64,000 nt of DNA from Marsupella aquatica (lineage: Eukaryota; Plantae; Marchantiophyta), in NCBI GenBank assembly GCA_973895155.1, contig OZ316897.1, positions 13,391,375-13,455,374 on the forward strand, read 5' to 3'. The position numbers were made by a program, and so were the translations under genes. Each line of letters begins with the position of its first letter. Position 1 is the first letter of the stretch. Positions 32,747 through 46,433 of this stretch are shown here, piece after piece. The notes under the pieces are model-generated. The model ran no database searches, was not told the DNA's origin, and saw only the letters and a list, made by a program, of their open reading frames with translations.

Positions 32747-35431
32747 TCAAATCTTTGACAGCTTGCCTTGTAGAAATTCCAGAACCAGGGTGGCTAGTTC
32801 TTTCTGAGAATTCTCATAGTTATGATTACCACCATCTATAATTTTGAGTAAGTGATTGGGTATACGTTTTGCAAATTCATGTGCATCAGAAACAGCTACA
32901 ACTTCGTCTACCTCTCCGTGTATTGTAAGCACTCTGCAGACAAAAATTCACAAGCAAAACCATCAGCCGTGTACAGCTATCTTAAGCTTCGTAATCCTCA
33001 TGAAAATTTTGAAACAATGTTAAAGATCGAGCTGTGGTACATTGTGTGATTAGTACAAAGCCTACAGATCTTCTCATTCGAAAGAGTGGAGAACGATGCT
33101 CACCTCACATCTTTAGAAATAGAGCGGGAAGCTGCATCCATATTTGTTGCGAGTCTGTCATCCAAACTCTTCAGAGTGACCCTGTACTCGACATCACCTG
33201 TAGTGCAACCCCAAGCCTTGGTTACAGTGATGTGCTCCAGTTTTGCACATCTCTCACTTAAGTCAAATATCGAGCGCAGATGAACTACTAACATGCCCGA
33301 AATAGCAACATCATTCATTACCATATTGGCTCTGCGGGTCTCAAGCAACAAACAAACGGATCTTTTCATTTGCCGCCTTCACTCTAACCCAAGTGAAAAT
33401 AAATATTTCCCAGTTCCTCACCTGTTAGTTTGTCTTTGACATCCAAAAAGCCCTGCTCATGCAATTTCTCCATTCCTTTCCTCCCAAATCTGGCCTCCGT
33501 TCCAATTGTTAGATCAAATCGACCACTCACGTTGATCACCGTACTCACATCACCATACTTCGAAGCATAAAGCACTACCACATTGCCGCCTGAAGACACC
33601 AACAAGAACTCCAGTGTTAGATTTGACTTGCAGAAAGAATGTCCAATACTGAAAATCAAGCTACGAAGCCTTGGGAAAAGATGGTTTTCGCTACTTAGGA
33701 TCGCTTGCCAAAGCTCCTGTGCAAGCAATGAATCCGACTTAGAGGGACAATTTTAAGCCCTTACAGTCACGAGACTCATATGGACACATTCATTTTTCAT
33801 CTTCAACACCTGCATTGCCCAGAGAGCGACTTGGCAGGACCCAACTTCTTGAGGGTTCTAATTAAGTGGTGTGGATATAACCCAGAAATACAGCACTCCC
33901 AAGTACCCAGTACCGCGCAATTCCTTCATGACTTTTAAAGGACACAGGAACCAGATGGAGCTAGAATCTCGAACCTTTACTGTGGCCGAGAATGGCCGTC
34001 ACTTGACGACCTTCAGCTCTCCAATAGAGAATGACAGATCGGAGATCTTCAGTCTCTCGCCAGTAATTCCCATATGCAAACTGCCCTTCACTTTCGCTGC
34101 AATTAGCTTCAAATTTGTACAGCATAAACCTTCTGTGAGTTGTATAAAGGAAGGTACAATACATACGCGTAATTCACAACGGAAAATTCTATCAAAGTTA
34201 CACTTCAGACAACCAAACATACATGTTACAAATTACCCGTTGCCAGCAAAGTCGAATCGAAAGGTGCTGATGCCTGTTTTCAATATTGCTGCCGCAACCC
34301 CACCCAAGGTATTGCTATCCTGTTCAGTTTGACATATATTCGTGTCAGGTACATCAACAAAGGTGATCTGCTGCACTGATTTTGCATCTGAAGTGCAAAT
34401 AAATTTTTAGAAGAGTGGAGTTACGACCATACGCGGACAACAGTGTCCGCAGTTGTGTGTCCGCAGTTGTGTTTAGCCTACGTGCTCGAGAGTAAATCTT
34501 CCACGAAGGAAATAGAGCTCGAGTATAAGAACAGCAAAGACGTTCCGGAAGTAATTCAATTTACCTTTGAAGAACGGAACCCATGGCAAAGCACAACAAG
34601 CTCTTTAGATTTTGTGTCGTCGAGTAATCCAACTAATTTTTCTCCGGCGGTGTTGACAATCGTAACCTTTCTGGCCGTATCTGAATTAATTCAATGCCCA
34701 CCCACGATCAACCACAAAGGGACAACACACAACATTCAACCCACTCCAAGGTACGTCTAGCAAGCTGGCGTCAGTCAATCTTTTCTGGACACCAAGCACT
34801 GCAATTACTAACCTCAAAAAGGAGACCTGAAAATCCACCCGGGCCAAAGAACTGATAATTACTACAGTCCTCACAGACCTCCTGGATCCGCAAGCTCATC
34901 ATCTGGCCATCCCCCAATCAGGGCAAAAAGGATGTGACACGACTAGAACAGCAATTTCATTCAAGCGTCTGTTTTAGATAATGGTAATGCTCCGGTACCT
35001 GATGGAGCAGAGTCTTGTGCTCCTGATGCTGCCATTGCGAAACACCTCCTCGAATGCTGCTTGTTCTTACCCCACCTGCTTCCGAGACCAACACCACCAG
35101 AAGAAAGCGACGAAGGAAAACAAGGACAACAGAAGCGAAGACAAAGGGAGACGGAGGTCGTCACCAATTTGCTGGGAACGAGGAGAAGAGGGACCGAAGG
35201 AAAAGAAGAAGAAGAGCAACTAGAGCGGGGAGAAGGGCAACAACAGAGAGACAAGAACCGACTGCGAGGGAGAGATCGGACACCGTTGGGGAAGAGGTGA
35301 AGATCTCGCAGAGAGTAGGAGCAAGAAGATAATGAAGATGGAAAAGATCCGGGATACTCCCTGTGGCAGTGTTTTTGTAGCTGGGCCAACGGAGGCTCGG
35401 ACGCAGCGATGGAGGAGTGAAAGTTGTGCAT
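32747..35431 (-). CDS. Alpha/beta-hydrolase (GHSKG esterase), 7 exons
   Basis: Spliced peptides GEKLVGLL...LCHGFRSSK, FRFDFAGNG/ESEG, ILGHSKG/GNVV, VLTIHGEVDEVV and GGNHNY give a Ser-Asp-His triad. Start is either ATG 35431 (Ser-rich extension) or ATG 35035. Confidence 0.9.
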
Positions 35432-36339
35432 CTCCGATCTCCTGCACTCTCTTCACTCTCTCTCTCTCTCTGAATGAGCTCGCTCTTGTTGTCCTTCGAC
35501 ACGTACGAATGTACTCTACATCACTCATAAATTGGAGAGGACGAGTGATGGGTTTTGTATTAAGACACTCCTCCCAATGACAATGCCAAATGCAAATCCA
35601 CCCTCTTGATAACACACTTTCTTCAGCACATTGGTGACATTGTAGCCTGCTCAAGCCCGTCGTCAGCTCAGCATATTGGTGACATTACACTCGGCCCAAG
35701 TGTAGTAATCCCTCATAGATCTCTAGCAGTGGGTAGTATGTACCTAAGTCAATCCATCTTACATCTCTAGCCCACATCATCAGCAGGAACCCTTGGAGCT
35801 AGCCAGTGAACCATGGCACCCCCATTGTCCATGACACCTTTTGCACTTTCACTCATTGACACCCCTCTAGTGAATTTTCAAGAAAAAAGTTTGACCTTCA
35901 GTAATATCTTCCTTGATCTCCAAGTGAATTAGCTCTTCTGGGGGTCACTAGAAGTTGCTTGGAGTTAAGGTCTTTCGGGTGGTCTACTAGTAGTATCTCT
36001 GGTTGTTATGAAGAATTGAGGTAGTTGTGAAATTCCAAAGATTACTCGATCACTCAATTCTCATTTCGAGCAGAGTATGTCCCTCTTATCCAATACAGTC
36101 TGACTTTTTTGGGTTCTTTAGAAACTCCTTGGAAAGGTCTTTCCAATGAGCCAATATGGTCAAATTTCATTAGGAATTGAGAGACCTGCAAAATTCCAAA
36201 GATGACTATCTCATACTCTTGCCAGATTTCACTCGTGTAATATGTTCTACTAGCCTGAAGGTTTGATCATAAACAGATGATTAATATCAATCATGTTAGT
36301 TGCTAATTTCACCCCATTCTATGAGGGTTTGGCTGCAAT

Positions 36340-36770
36340 TGATCCATCCGGGTCACACTAGTCTATCATCCATCCGGGTTGCACTAGTCTATCCGAGCAT
36401 TTTGGCAAACATGGATGTCCATCGAGGCTCCAACCCATCTAGGATTGCACTGGTCTATCCAACCCTTTCAGAAAAAAGGGGGGTTCCATCCAGGCTTCAA
36501 TTGCCATCCGGATTTGCAAACCTCTATCCAAACATTTTGGCAAACATGGAAGTCCATCCAAACTTCAGTGTCCATCTGGGTTTGCACTAGTCTATCCCAG
36601 CCTTTTGGCCAACACGGATGTCCATCCGGGTTTGCATTAGTCTTTTAGAGCATATTGGCAAACATGGAGGTTCATCCGGGGTTCAATTTCCATTCCTCCT
36701 TGCAGCAGCCTATCTGAGCATTTTGGCAAACATGGAGGTCCATCCAGGCTCCACTAGTTACATCCATGGA
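36340..36770. repeat. Minisatellite, ~50-55-bp unit, ~8 degenerate copies
   Basis: catccgggtttgcactagtctatccgagcattttggcaaacatggaggtc-like units. Related sequence occurs at ~47855-48085. Confidence 0.8.
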
Positions 36771-36771
36771 C

Positions 36772-36827
36772 GGGTTTAGGTGGGGTTTAGGTGGGGTTTT
36801 GGTGGGGTTTAGGAGGGGTTTAGGAGG
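36772..36827 (+). repeat. Telomere-like 11-bp repeat (GGGGTTTAGGW) x5
   Basis: gggtttaggtggggtttaggtggggttttggtggggtttaggaggggtttagg. Confidence 0.75.
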
Positions 36828-37697
36828 GCCCTCTGAGAAGAAGTCATCTACAATAGTCATCCTCAGCTCTCGTCGAGTAATTCTATTCTGCCCCTGCCGA
36901 ATCCCGTCTCTCGCTCGCTCTCTTGCTCTCTTGCTCGTCTTGTGCCGGTGATTCAATCCATCCTCTCCTCACTCTCCGTCGCGATGCCATCGCTGGCCTG
37001 TTGTTTCCGCCCGTGTTTCCGCCATGTCGGTGAAATAACGTGCGCAGCCGTAGCAGAGAGGCCTCCTGGGCGATCAGTTTCGTTGCCTTTCTCCCCCAGC
37101 TCGGGATCCTACTCTTGCAGTTTCCTGTTGACTCCCGCAGCAGGGATAGGGGGTGTAGATAGAGTGCTTGGCTAGTAAGAATGTTTTCTGTTCTCGAGCT
37201 TGCTGACCTTGGAGCTTGATTCTGGATTCTTGCACCAGATTCTGAGGTTTTGGTGGAGCCTGGGTTTGGAGTAGATGTCAAGGGTTCTAGGGACAGAAGA
37301 AGGATTTTCGAGTTTGGGTGCATGTGGTATTGACGGAGCTTACGAGTTTGGAGTAGAAATCAACGGTTCGAGCGACAGCGGGAAGGGGTCTCGAGTTTGG
37401 GTGCATTTGATGCTGCAGGGTCGTTGATGTGGAGGAAGAGGACCAATTTGGTGTGGACGAGTGTGGGTGTTTTCAACATAATGGGAACGAGGATGGGCTT
37501 GACGGTGAATGGACGTTGGAATCATCAGTTTGTTTAAAATTCTCGTCATCACAGGGACAAGAGGAATGATGCAATGACGGTTTGTAGCATTGGCTTTTGA
37601 ATCCGTACGTAGGCATGTGAAGCATGGTTACATACTGGAATACTATGCCGCTATTGATGGGCCCTTGATCTCGTAGGGTCCTCGGGGTTATCGTAAA

Positions 37698-40133
37698 ATG
37701 TCGAAGCGCTCGAGTGCCTCCGTCTTGAGAGCCACGGTCAATAGCAGTGATAAACTGCTGACTCGTGCATTCCCTTGGGTTTCCCCGTTTGAAGTAATGC
37801 GCACAAAGAGCTCCTGGTCTCTTTCTACAACCCTGGCTGGCGAGCTTAGGTCAAGTTTCAGCTGCTCAGAAACTTCGTCTTCCTGTTGGGCTCCTCTTAC
37901 GACCAACCACAGCATTTGTCTCAGCAAAGCCGCCGTCTCCACCATAAAATTGGACCAGCGCAGTGATTTCTTAGATGCCGCCCCTTCAAGTGGGAGCCGG
38001 TGTATGGGCAGAAATGTGGCATTCGCTCTCCCCTGCAAATCTAGTCGGAATTCAGCACTTCCCTTCCAACGACCAACTTATAAATACTGTGGCTATGCGA
38101 CTGCTGCTATCAATATCCTAGAACCGGGCAAGAGCTGGAGAGGGAAGGGCTGGAACCGTGTTGGTGTGGAAGTGGAGTTGATTGTCAATGAAACTGAACC
38201 TTCGACGGCTTCGCAATTCGATGCCATTCCGGATTTGGAAGAGAAACTGAAGTTTCTGGAGACTTATGGGCTAGGGGACATTCACGTAAAGCAGATGCGG
38301 AAGCGACTACCGTCTGCAGTGAAGAACACGTTTCTCAAAGTAAATTTCAAAAAGTTGGAAGGAGTGGCCATATTCCTGGAGGAGGAAGTCGGCGTACCGA
38401 GGAAGGACATCGGTAACATTTTGTTTTCCAACCCTTACATAGCAGGAAGCCGAGTGGACGACTGTCTTAGGCCAAAGGTAGTACCGAAGTCGTTTGCTTG
38501 AGTGAGCATCCGTGGTCGCTTGGATGGATGCATTTTTCCAATGTGGGATTGACTTGTGGAAAGGAAGGAATATTAGCAGAGTGCATGAAATTTTGGACGA
38601 ACTTTTATGGAGTGTGATGGCTTCCTCTCGTTTCTCAGATTACTTTTATGCGGAAGCGAGGAATCTCAAAGGAACAAATGGGTAAGATAGTCGTTCGGTC
38701 TCCACAAGTTCTGACCTACAGCTTGGAAGGGAAATTACTTCCCTTTGAGAGGAAGCTTCTAGAAATTGGCTTGAAGGTTTGCATCTTCCAACTGACTTAA
38801 TTGGCTGACTGAATTAAAAGCATTTTCCAGCAGTGAGATTTCAGTCATATGTGTTCATATCGATTGATCTTATATGCTGCCTCGTACAGTTGGGGGTTCC
38901 TTGGAGAGATGTATGTAGACACTTTTCTTTGACGCGTTAGACAGGTTCTATTTTCCACTTGATCACCTCCTCAATGAATGAAGTCTTCATCGTGATTTGG
39001 GCCTGTTTGATTGCTGCACCAGGGTGATGAAATTGGGAGGGTTTTAATGAAGCACCCGGCGTTATTTGGTGCCAGCATTAGCAAATTCGATAAGAACATC
39101 CAGTCTTTGAGGGATGGTGGTGTAAAAGAGGTGGCCAAAGCAATCTTCAAACTTCCTCAGGTCCTTCCCTCGATCTACATCGTCCCTTTTATCTTGTGTT
39201 CCTTCCATTCAAGGTTTGGGTTGATGGGCAGATGGGTACTGTTTAGAAAACAGAGTTACTCTATGAAGTGATGACCTTGCAATCTTAGTTTCTCTCTTCC
39301 TCATTTGTGGACCTTTTTTGATGTCATGCATAGTGCCAGTCCTGTGTTTGCCTGTTTTGATTGATTGTGTGTATTCTTTTGAACCTGCTGAAAGTGACCT
39401 GTGTGATGAAACAGATTATGAGTCTCAGCTTGGACAGCAAATTTGAGCTGATAGCGCAATTTTTGCGAGATGAACTCAAATTACAGCAAGAGCAAATCAC
39501 GAAGATTTTAAGCTGCCACATTTGTATCCTATCTTTCAGTATACCAGAAAATATTCGTCCCAAGGTTGGATATTTGTCTGAGATGGGCCTACAACAGGAG
39601 GACATTGGCAGGTATCTCTTGACCCTGAATTAATTGTTAGTTCAGACGATACGGTCCTTTCGAGAGGATATGGATGAATTCCTTTGGCAATCTACAAAGC
39701 ACTCTAATCCAGAGAAGAGTTACACAGAGGTAGAATAACTTCATAGGGTTCACCTTTTCTTTATTATGGCATACCTCTAACTAAGTAGGAACAATTTGAT
39801 GAAAAGAGTCTTGATGGTCATTTACTATGCTTGGACAGGTTGGTTGTGAAATATCCAAATGTCTTTTGCCACAGCTTGGACAACTCAATCAAACCGAAGG
39901 TTCAGTATCTCCTGAAAGTGATGAAACTGGAAGTTCTAGTGCTCATAACCTTTCCCCAATACTTGAGCTACAGTTTACAAGCCCGGATCATACCAAGACA
40001 CGAATATGTGTCCAAGCTTGGACTCAATTACAAGCTCAGCTCTCTTCTCTCCTGTAATGAAGAAGTATTTCTGAAGCGGTATCCGCAACAGCTTTACAAT
40101 GAGCTGGAAGATTCCACAGTACAAAATATCTGA
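37698..40133 (+). CDS. mTERF family protein, 5 exons
   Basis: Exons at about 37698-38477, 38639-38776, 39023-39160, 39415-39611 and 39839-40133. Repeated P.(V/I)L..S(L/I)E..(I/L)RPKV.(Y/F)L units and C-terminal FPQYLSYSLQARIIPRH. Confidence 0.9.
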
Positions 40134-41358
40134 AAAGCACCAATGGCCTGAACTATCTGCTGCCAGACGAAATATGCTGATTTTTATTTCAAGTTTCAAG
40201 AGACTTGCAACTGAAGCGCTCTCCGGATGTGCTACTGCAGTCAGCCCGGACTTTCTGGCTTGCTTGAACAAGGCAATGGAGTATAGCATTCCCGTGTGTT
40301 TCCTTTTGTCGGAGTGATGAGATCAACGGTTGCAAATAGCCACCATAAAGTTGCTCGTGATTCGTACATGGAGTGCACTTTTTGTCCTGTATCGTTATGG
40401 ACTTCTTAGCTGGAGTAGAATCGAAGCTCAAAGACGATGACAACAATTCGTGGTTCTCCAATCACCCTGTCCGCCTGCCAAGTTGATGGGAGCTTCTTCA
40501 TCCGTGCTGGAGACACTTCTTCATTGCTCGAGGTTTGACTGATAGCAGATAAGGTGAATTGAACCCTCTGCTATCGTTCTTGTTGCCCTGAAAGGCCTCT
40601 GCAGACGACATAATTGGACTTTCCTCTTCAGAGATTTTACCTCACAATTGTATAAACCTGTCCCTGGACCCAGTTGAGTGAAATGGGAGGACGTGGACCC
40701 TTTTCTTCGTAGTCTTACTTAGGGACCGGTTCGTGGATGTAGATTCCTGGTTCAACTGGTGTAGTTCTAAAACGTGTTGTTGGGAAATAACCTTGTCGCT
40801 ATTTGGGTGGAAGTCATGAAGGAAACCATTAGTTGAGAATATTATTGAGCAATGTTCAATATATTGGTTAGTGTTTTTGATGAATCTCGCCAACATGTTC
40901 GGAATGTAAGTCACAATTGTGTGAATATCCCAGAATTTGTTATTAAGTTTGCAAGAGGGGTGCTTCTTTCAGCTGTGGAACAGAAAGCTCAGATATTTCC
41001 TGTTCCCTATGCCTCTCTTACAAATTGAACTCGCACGGACTCAAATAAAAGCGAAATCGATTTGAAGCTCTAATAGGATTCGTGAAGATCAAGTGAAAAG
41101 CAGCCATCTCCACCTCTAGCGATGACATTGTGGTTATCTGGAAATGTAATTTTCTTTGTTTTGTTGGTTACAATTTAGAGTCAGCTTGATACCGTGATTC
41201 TGCGGTCTGCACACAGTGAAGATGGCTTTCCCTTTCGCACTCCTGCTCGTTGAGACAAATGCACCCGGTGAGAGTATTGTGACAAAATTATTGAAAACTT
41301 TACACACCGTATAGTCCTGTGGGAATGCACTGTAGTAGTTGTGGGAAATGTTTTACAC

Positions 41359-41498
41359 GTGTTTGTAGTAGATGATACGAAGGAGTACCCCGTATTGACC
41401 AGAGCTCAAACCTTTACTACATGCTTTCCAAGTGTTTGTAGTAGTTGATACGAAGGAGAACCCCATATTGACCAGAGCTCAAACCTGTAATACATGCT
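41359..41498. repeat. Tandem duplication, ~73-bp period
   Basis: gtgtttgtagtag.tgatacgaaggag.acccc.tattgaccagagctcaaacct occurs twice. Confidence 0.8.
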
Positions 41499-42031
41499 GG
41501 TCTGTACGCTGCAATGGGACAGTTCTCAGTGCTCACTCCGGAAGAGTCCTTGCATTTTTCCCAATGAGAGCTTGCACGAGCGTGCGGATTAAATCATCCG
41601 ACCACAAAGGAATCATCTGAGCATTCAAGCGCATAGTAAAAGTGCTGAACTACAATTATAGCCTTAGATGCAGTGGATTCGCAGAGAGGTCTAGTTACTG
41701 GCACTCCAGGGATGCTCCTCGGCCAAGAGCTAAAGACCTGTACCCTTCATCAAAGATATCACTCGTGTGTCCGTAACGATTGGAAATTTTCGCATGGGAC
41801 GTTATAGCATTCAGAGCTTCAAATCCTTCGGAACGACTGTATCCCCATTCTTCACGGGACACGTCAGTGGTATGTCCGTAACTGTCGCGGTCGTCAACTT
41901 TTGCGGAGGATAAAGGTTAATTAGTTAGGCTGGATGCAAAGCTTTTTTGCGGCTTCCTACCTACTAATGCTTGAGCAACCTCCTTGTTCCTCTGGCAATT
42001 CTTGCGATTCTCGAAAGAGAGTGCTTTACTG

Positions 42032-42250
42032 GGGCCTCAAACAGTTGCCCTGACGATGGAGCAACTAAGACGAGCCAACAGTGACCGGAGAGGACTTTGA
42101 CTTTACTCGGATTGGCACTCATGCACCATTTGATCACAGTGGGCCTCAAACAGTTGCCCTGACGATGGAGCAACTAAGACGAGCCAACAGTGACCGGAGA
42201 GGACTTTGACTTTACTCGGATTGGCACTCATGCACCACTTGATCACAGTG
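42032..42250. repeat. Recent 109-bp tandem duplication
   Basis: Copies start at 42032 and 42141 and differ by one base. Confidence 0.92.
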
Positions 42251-43982
42251 CACGCTGTGTGTCCCAAATGGATGTTTTGATCGTGTCCTTCGGTAAGAAG
42301 GAAAATTGCCTACGCGCAGGGAAAAACATATGTTTACTTAAAAGTGAAATACGCTTGAGGGGTACGAGAAAGAAAAAGAAGGAAATCGTGTTCACTTTCC
42401 CGACCATAAAGCCACTGGTTGGTAGTTCACTCCATTCTCTCGGTGAAGATTCGACGTGAACACTTTACCCTGTGAACCACCAAACCAAAAGATCTGCATG
42501 CAGCGTGAACGCTTCTCAGCAGACGACGCAGGGAAAGCAAAGAAAAAGTATTGTATTTTCTCTCCTGATAACGCACTTTGGGCAAGCCCATGCGGTCAGC
42601 TACCGTAAAGGCGGGACCGCCTTGCCAACATGATGAATGAAAGACCAACGATTGATTTAACAGAATTCATGCACGGCCAGATCACGCACGGCTGGCATGT
42701 ACCTAATAAATTGCTCGGAAGTCGGAAACATTATTTTGGTTCGCGGCACGGTTGCCGTGACACCACCTGAGCTCACGGGGCTCTTTCATGCACGAAACGA
42801 ATGGTTAAACGGAGAGAAAGAAAAGCGCTGTCCCCTCGTTCGCCCACGATTTCCAAAGTCGAAACAGAGAAGTAAAGAATGTCCCTACTTGCCTCCAATG
42901 CGCCCGGAGACGAGTGTAATGGAGTTGAGATAAAAGACTTACAAATAGAACGGTATTACAACAAACCTTGAAGATTCACTGCTCCTAGAGCCCCTATAGA
43001 TGGAACCAGAGACGTCCGAGACAAACGGGACTGCGACCTTTATGCTACGCACCTCCCAAAGAAATACGACTGGACTCATATGTATCTACAATCGTAATAA
43101 GTCCAACTGGAGAAGCCGCCATTGAGACACTACCATTTGCAAGTCACACAAATCAGCTAGAATACACTGCAGGCAAAATGCAGCCACGCCGACTCATCGG
43201 CCATTCGCTTCCACATTCTCAATGACTGGTATGAACTCTACCTGCTCCATTTGACCGACCCACCTTCGAAGGATGCAATCCAATGCAGCACAATTGAGTG
43301 TCCCCACTTGCTTGTTTCGATTCAAGGTCCTCACAAATTCATAGAGAACAGTGCACCTAGACGACAGAATAATACCAGCATGGACCGAGGGGGAAATCCC
43401 ACACAGAAATATTCAGTGAAAATGCAATGACATTGCGAGAACTCATGCGACGAAGATGCAGAGGTTGGAAAAAATCCGATCTGCGAGATGAGTACACTTT
43501 CGAGAGAACGAGAGATGATGATCAAGAAGCATGGACAAATTAAATTTCGCTCCCAAATTTCTGTTGATAGGGAGATAATCCAGTGCAGTCCTCCCTAAAG
43601 GGAAATCACATAAATACCACACCTGGTTACAGGAAGGTGCAGAGTGGTCAACATGCTGGAAGTTTCACAATGGTCTCGACCCCACCCAACTAAGCTGGAA
43701 GGGTGCAGCTTCCTCCAACACGTATCGGGAAATCAAACTATCTACAGACTACAAAGCAGACTCAATGTCTACGAAAAACTCAAACAGCCTGAAATTGAGA
43801 CCGTCGTATATAATCATCGGGATAGAACACTGAGCCTCATGTAAGGCAAGTTACTTTGTACAAATAGTCGTCGACGGGTGGAGCAATTCAGTTCGCATTC
43901 CCTTTCTCCCTTGAATAAAAAATTATGAAGTTTTTGGTTGCTACTCAAATTTTTTCAACCACATGGTCATAAGCTACGAGAC

Positions 43983-46174
43983 TCAATCGGACCTCGGCTT
44001 CACCACACAATTGTAATGGTTCTTGATGAATAGAGAAAACTGCCCACCCTTCTCGGTCACGTCAATTTTGTCAACACCTGGGGGAGTCTGCAGGTCGAAG
44101 GTCTGGACAAGACGGCCGAGCACAAGATGAAGAAGGGGCATTGCAATGATGATACCAGGGCAACTTCTTCGCCCAGCACCGAAAGGAAGGAAGTTAAAGT
44201 CGTTGCCACTGGCCTCAATGTTCGAGTTCAAAAACCTCTCAGGTTTAAACTTCTCGGGCTCGTCCCAGTGTGCGGGGTTGTTGGCAATCCACCAGGCATT
44301 GATCAGGATCTTGCTCTCTGCGGGAATGTCATAGCCGGCGAGCTTGGCCTGCTGCAGATTCATGTGAGGCACCAGCAGGGGAATTGCCATATGCAGCCTC
44401 ATGACTTCCTTGACAACGGCAGTGAGATAGGGAGTTTTCGTAGTATCCGGCTCGGTGATCAGATTCCCTCGGCCCAGCACGCTGTCCAGCTCGGCTCGTA
44501 CCCGCTTCTGAATGCTCGGGTTGTTGATGAGCTCAGCTACTCCCCACTCAATGGACCACAGAGTCGTCTCAATGGCTGGACACCAGGACATCCAAAAGTT
44601 AGCCACCTATAATATACTAATTTGACAATAGCATCCATCTAGAGACGAGACTGAAAGCAGCCCACTCTCAACAAAAGAAAACAGCACGCTAACATAACAT
44701 GAAATCTGACAAGTACCACATGAAGGACATGCCCAGATGCCGCCAAAGAGTAAGTGGGGATACCAAAGTCCACGATTGAATGCCCTCGAGAGAATTATTA
44801 CAACACCAAAATCCAGGATGTGGAAAAACCACTTGTAATTATCTCCAGATAACTTACCAGCAACGTTAATATTCTCGACAATGTACAGTACATTGTCCTC
44901 GTTGATCTCTCCCTTGTCCTCAGACTCGAAAATGTGGTCGATGGCAGCTTTTTCGCCCGCATCAGAACTGCGAGTACTGAGAAGCTTCCTGTGGGCCAAC
45001 ACAAAGAAAGAACCATTGAAACCATGTTAGATCTACATCCTTAGAGCTGCCCAATATGCCTTTCGCATTTTTAGAGTGGCACGAACGGCGTCCTGGAGGA
45101 GGAACGGGATATAAGTCGCTTTCTTAGCAACAACCCCGTATCTTAAAGTATCAACGCGATATGGGAACGAGGAAATCCCTGTCCTTGCCTTTGACTTGAA
45201 ACATATCAAAGTCTGACGCGCGAGTCTGTTGAACGACACCAGATGAAATTGCAATGAAGAAACGCTGGGGATCGGAATGAAGTGTCATGAAAATAAGCAA
45301 CTTACTTGCGCTCATCAATGAAGTACTTCTTGAAGAGACCGAGTCTCTTGTCCTGGAGGTCCTTGCAGTGGGTCAGGTATTTCTTCAAGAAAGGCTGCAA
45401 AATGGGGATGAAGTCACCGTAATTGTAATCAAAGCTCTGGGACAGTCTACTCCTTTCCGCGTTCACAGCCTTCAACTTCAGGTAAAGCTCATCGTCTTCC
45501 TTGTCAAATCTCCTGTTGAACATCATCCGGTACATGATATTGTACATCATGAGCTGCAGCCTCCGCCTGATAATGACACCAGAGGTAGAAGCCTCGGGTC
45601 TGGAAGTAAGATCAGCAATCACATGATTGATCTCATCCTCCCATCCGATTCTCGACTGCTGCACCACTTTGTTGGTGAAGAAGGGGACTGTCATAATCCT
45701 CCTCATCCTCCTCCAGTGCTCTCCATACACAGTGAACACCATGTCCTGACCCTTGCCGGTAAAGATATCGAACACTACATTCGTAGTCCTTGACCCGAAT
45801 TCAACTCCCTGGGTGTGTAACACCTCCTTGGCGAGCTCTGCATTGGAGACAACGACGACATTCCTCTGCCCCATCTTCAGCATGTACAGATCGCCATATG
45901 ACTTCGCCATATCAGCCAAGTTGCGGTGGTTCAAGTCATCTCCCACCTGCAGCCAGTTGCCAACAATTGGCCAAGCAAAGGGACCAGGAGGAGTCTTCAA
46001 CTTCTTCTCCGTCAACTTCGTGATGAGAATCACTCCCAGCGTAGCTGCCAGAAGTCCATACAGCACATTTTGCAACGAGAACAGCGAATGCGCAGGAGCC
46101 ACATCGGTGACCCCAGCCTCGTCCACTGCTGCAATCACACTACTCAATCCCATCGAGACGATAGAGAGCGCCAT
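43983..46174 (-). CDS. C4H: Trans-cinnamate 4-hydroxylase (CYP73A), 3 exons
   Basis: Exons 46174-45306, 44988-44858 and 44575-43983. Motifs PPGPFAWPIVGNWLQVGDDLNHRNL, ENINVAAIETTLWSIEW, EVMR, KPERF and heme FGAGRRSCPG. Confidence 0.97.
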
Positions 46175-46390
46175 TGCTGCAAACCTGCAGAAATCCCCCT
46201 CCGCAACTCAACCTGCAGAGAGCAAAAAACCAACTCTGTCAGCTCGCTTTCGTCCACAATGCGTGTATGAAGAAGATTGTGGCAAGACCACAACAGGGAC
46301 CGGAATCCTAAAACTAGTCTCTCCTCCCGAATCCTGCATCCACTCTCCGTCCACAACAAACATACTCTTCAAAGACACAAAAAAGTCACG

Positions 46391-46433
46391 CCACGTTCAC
46401 TGACGTGGCCGATTTCGGGGCACAAACCTACTC
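46391..46433. promoter_or_regulatory. C4H proximal promoter: ACGT boxes and an AC-like element
   Basis: CCACGTT, TGACGTGGC and AACCTACT are clustered about 220-260 bp upstream of the ATG. A further GGTTGGT (AC-II) lies near 47038. Confidence 0.45.

Noticed and set aside
36340-36770. CRISPR-like appearance of spaced repeats
   Set aside because: Units are degenerate tandem copies without unique spacers, the context is eukaryotic, and there are no cas genes.
44127-46403. Long plus-strand ORFs overlapping C4H
   Set aside because: Antisense shadows of a codon-biased gene.
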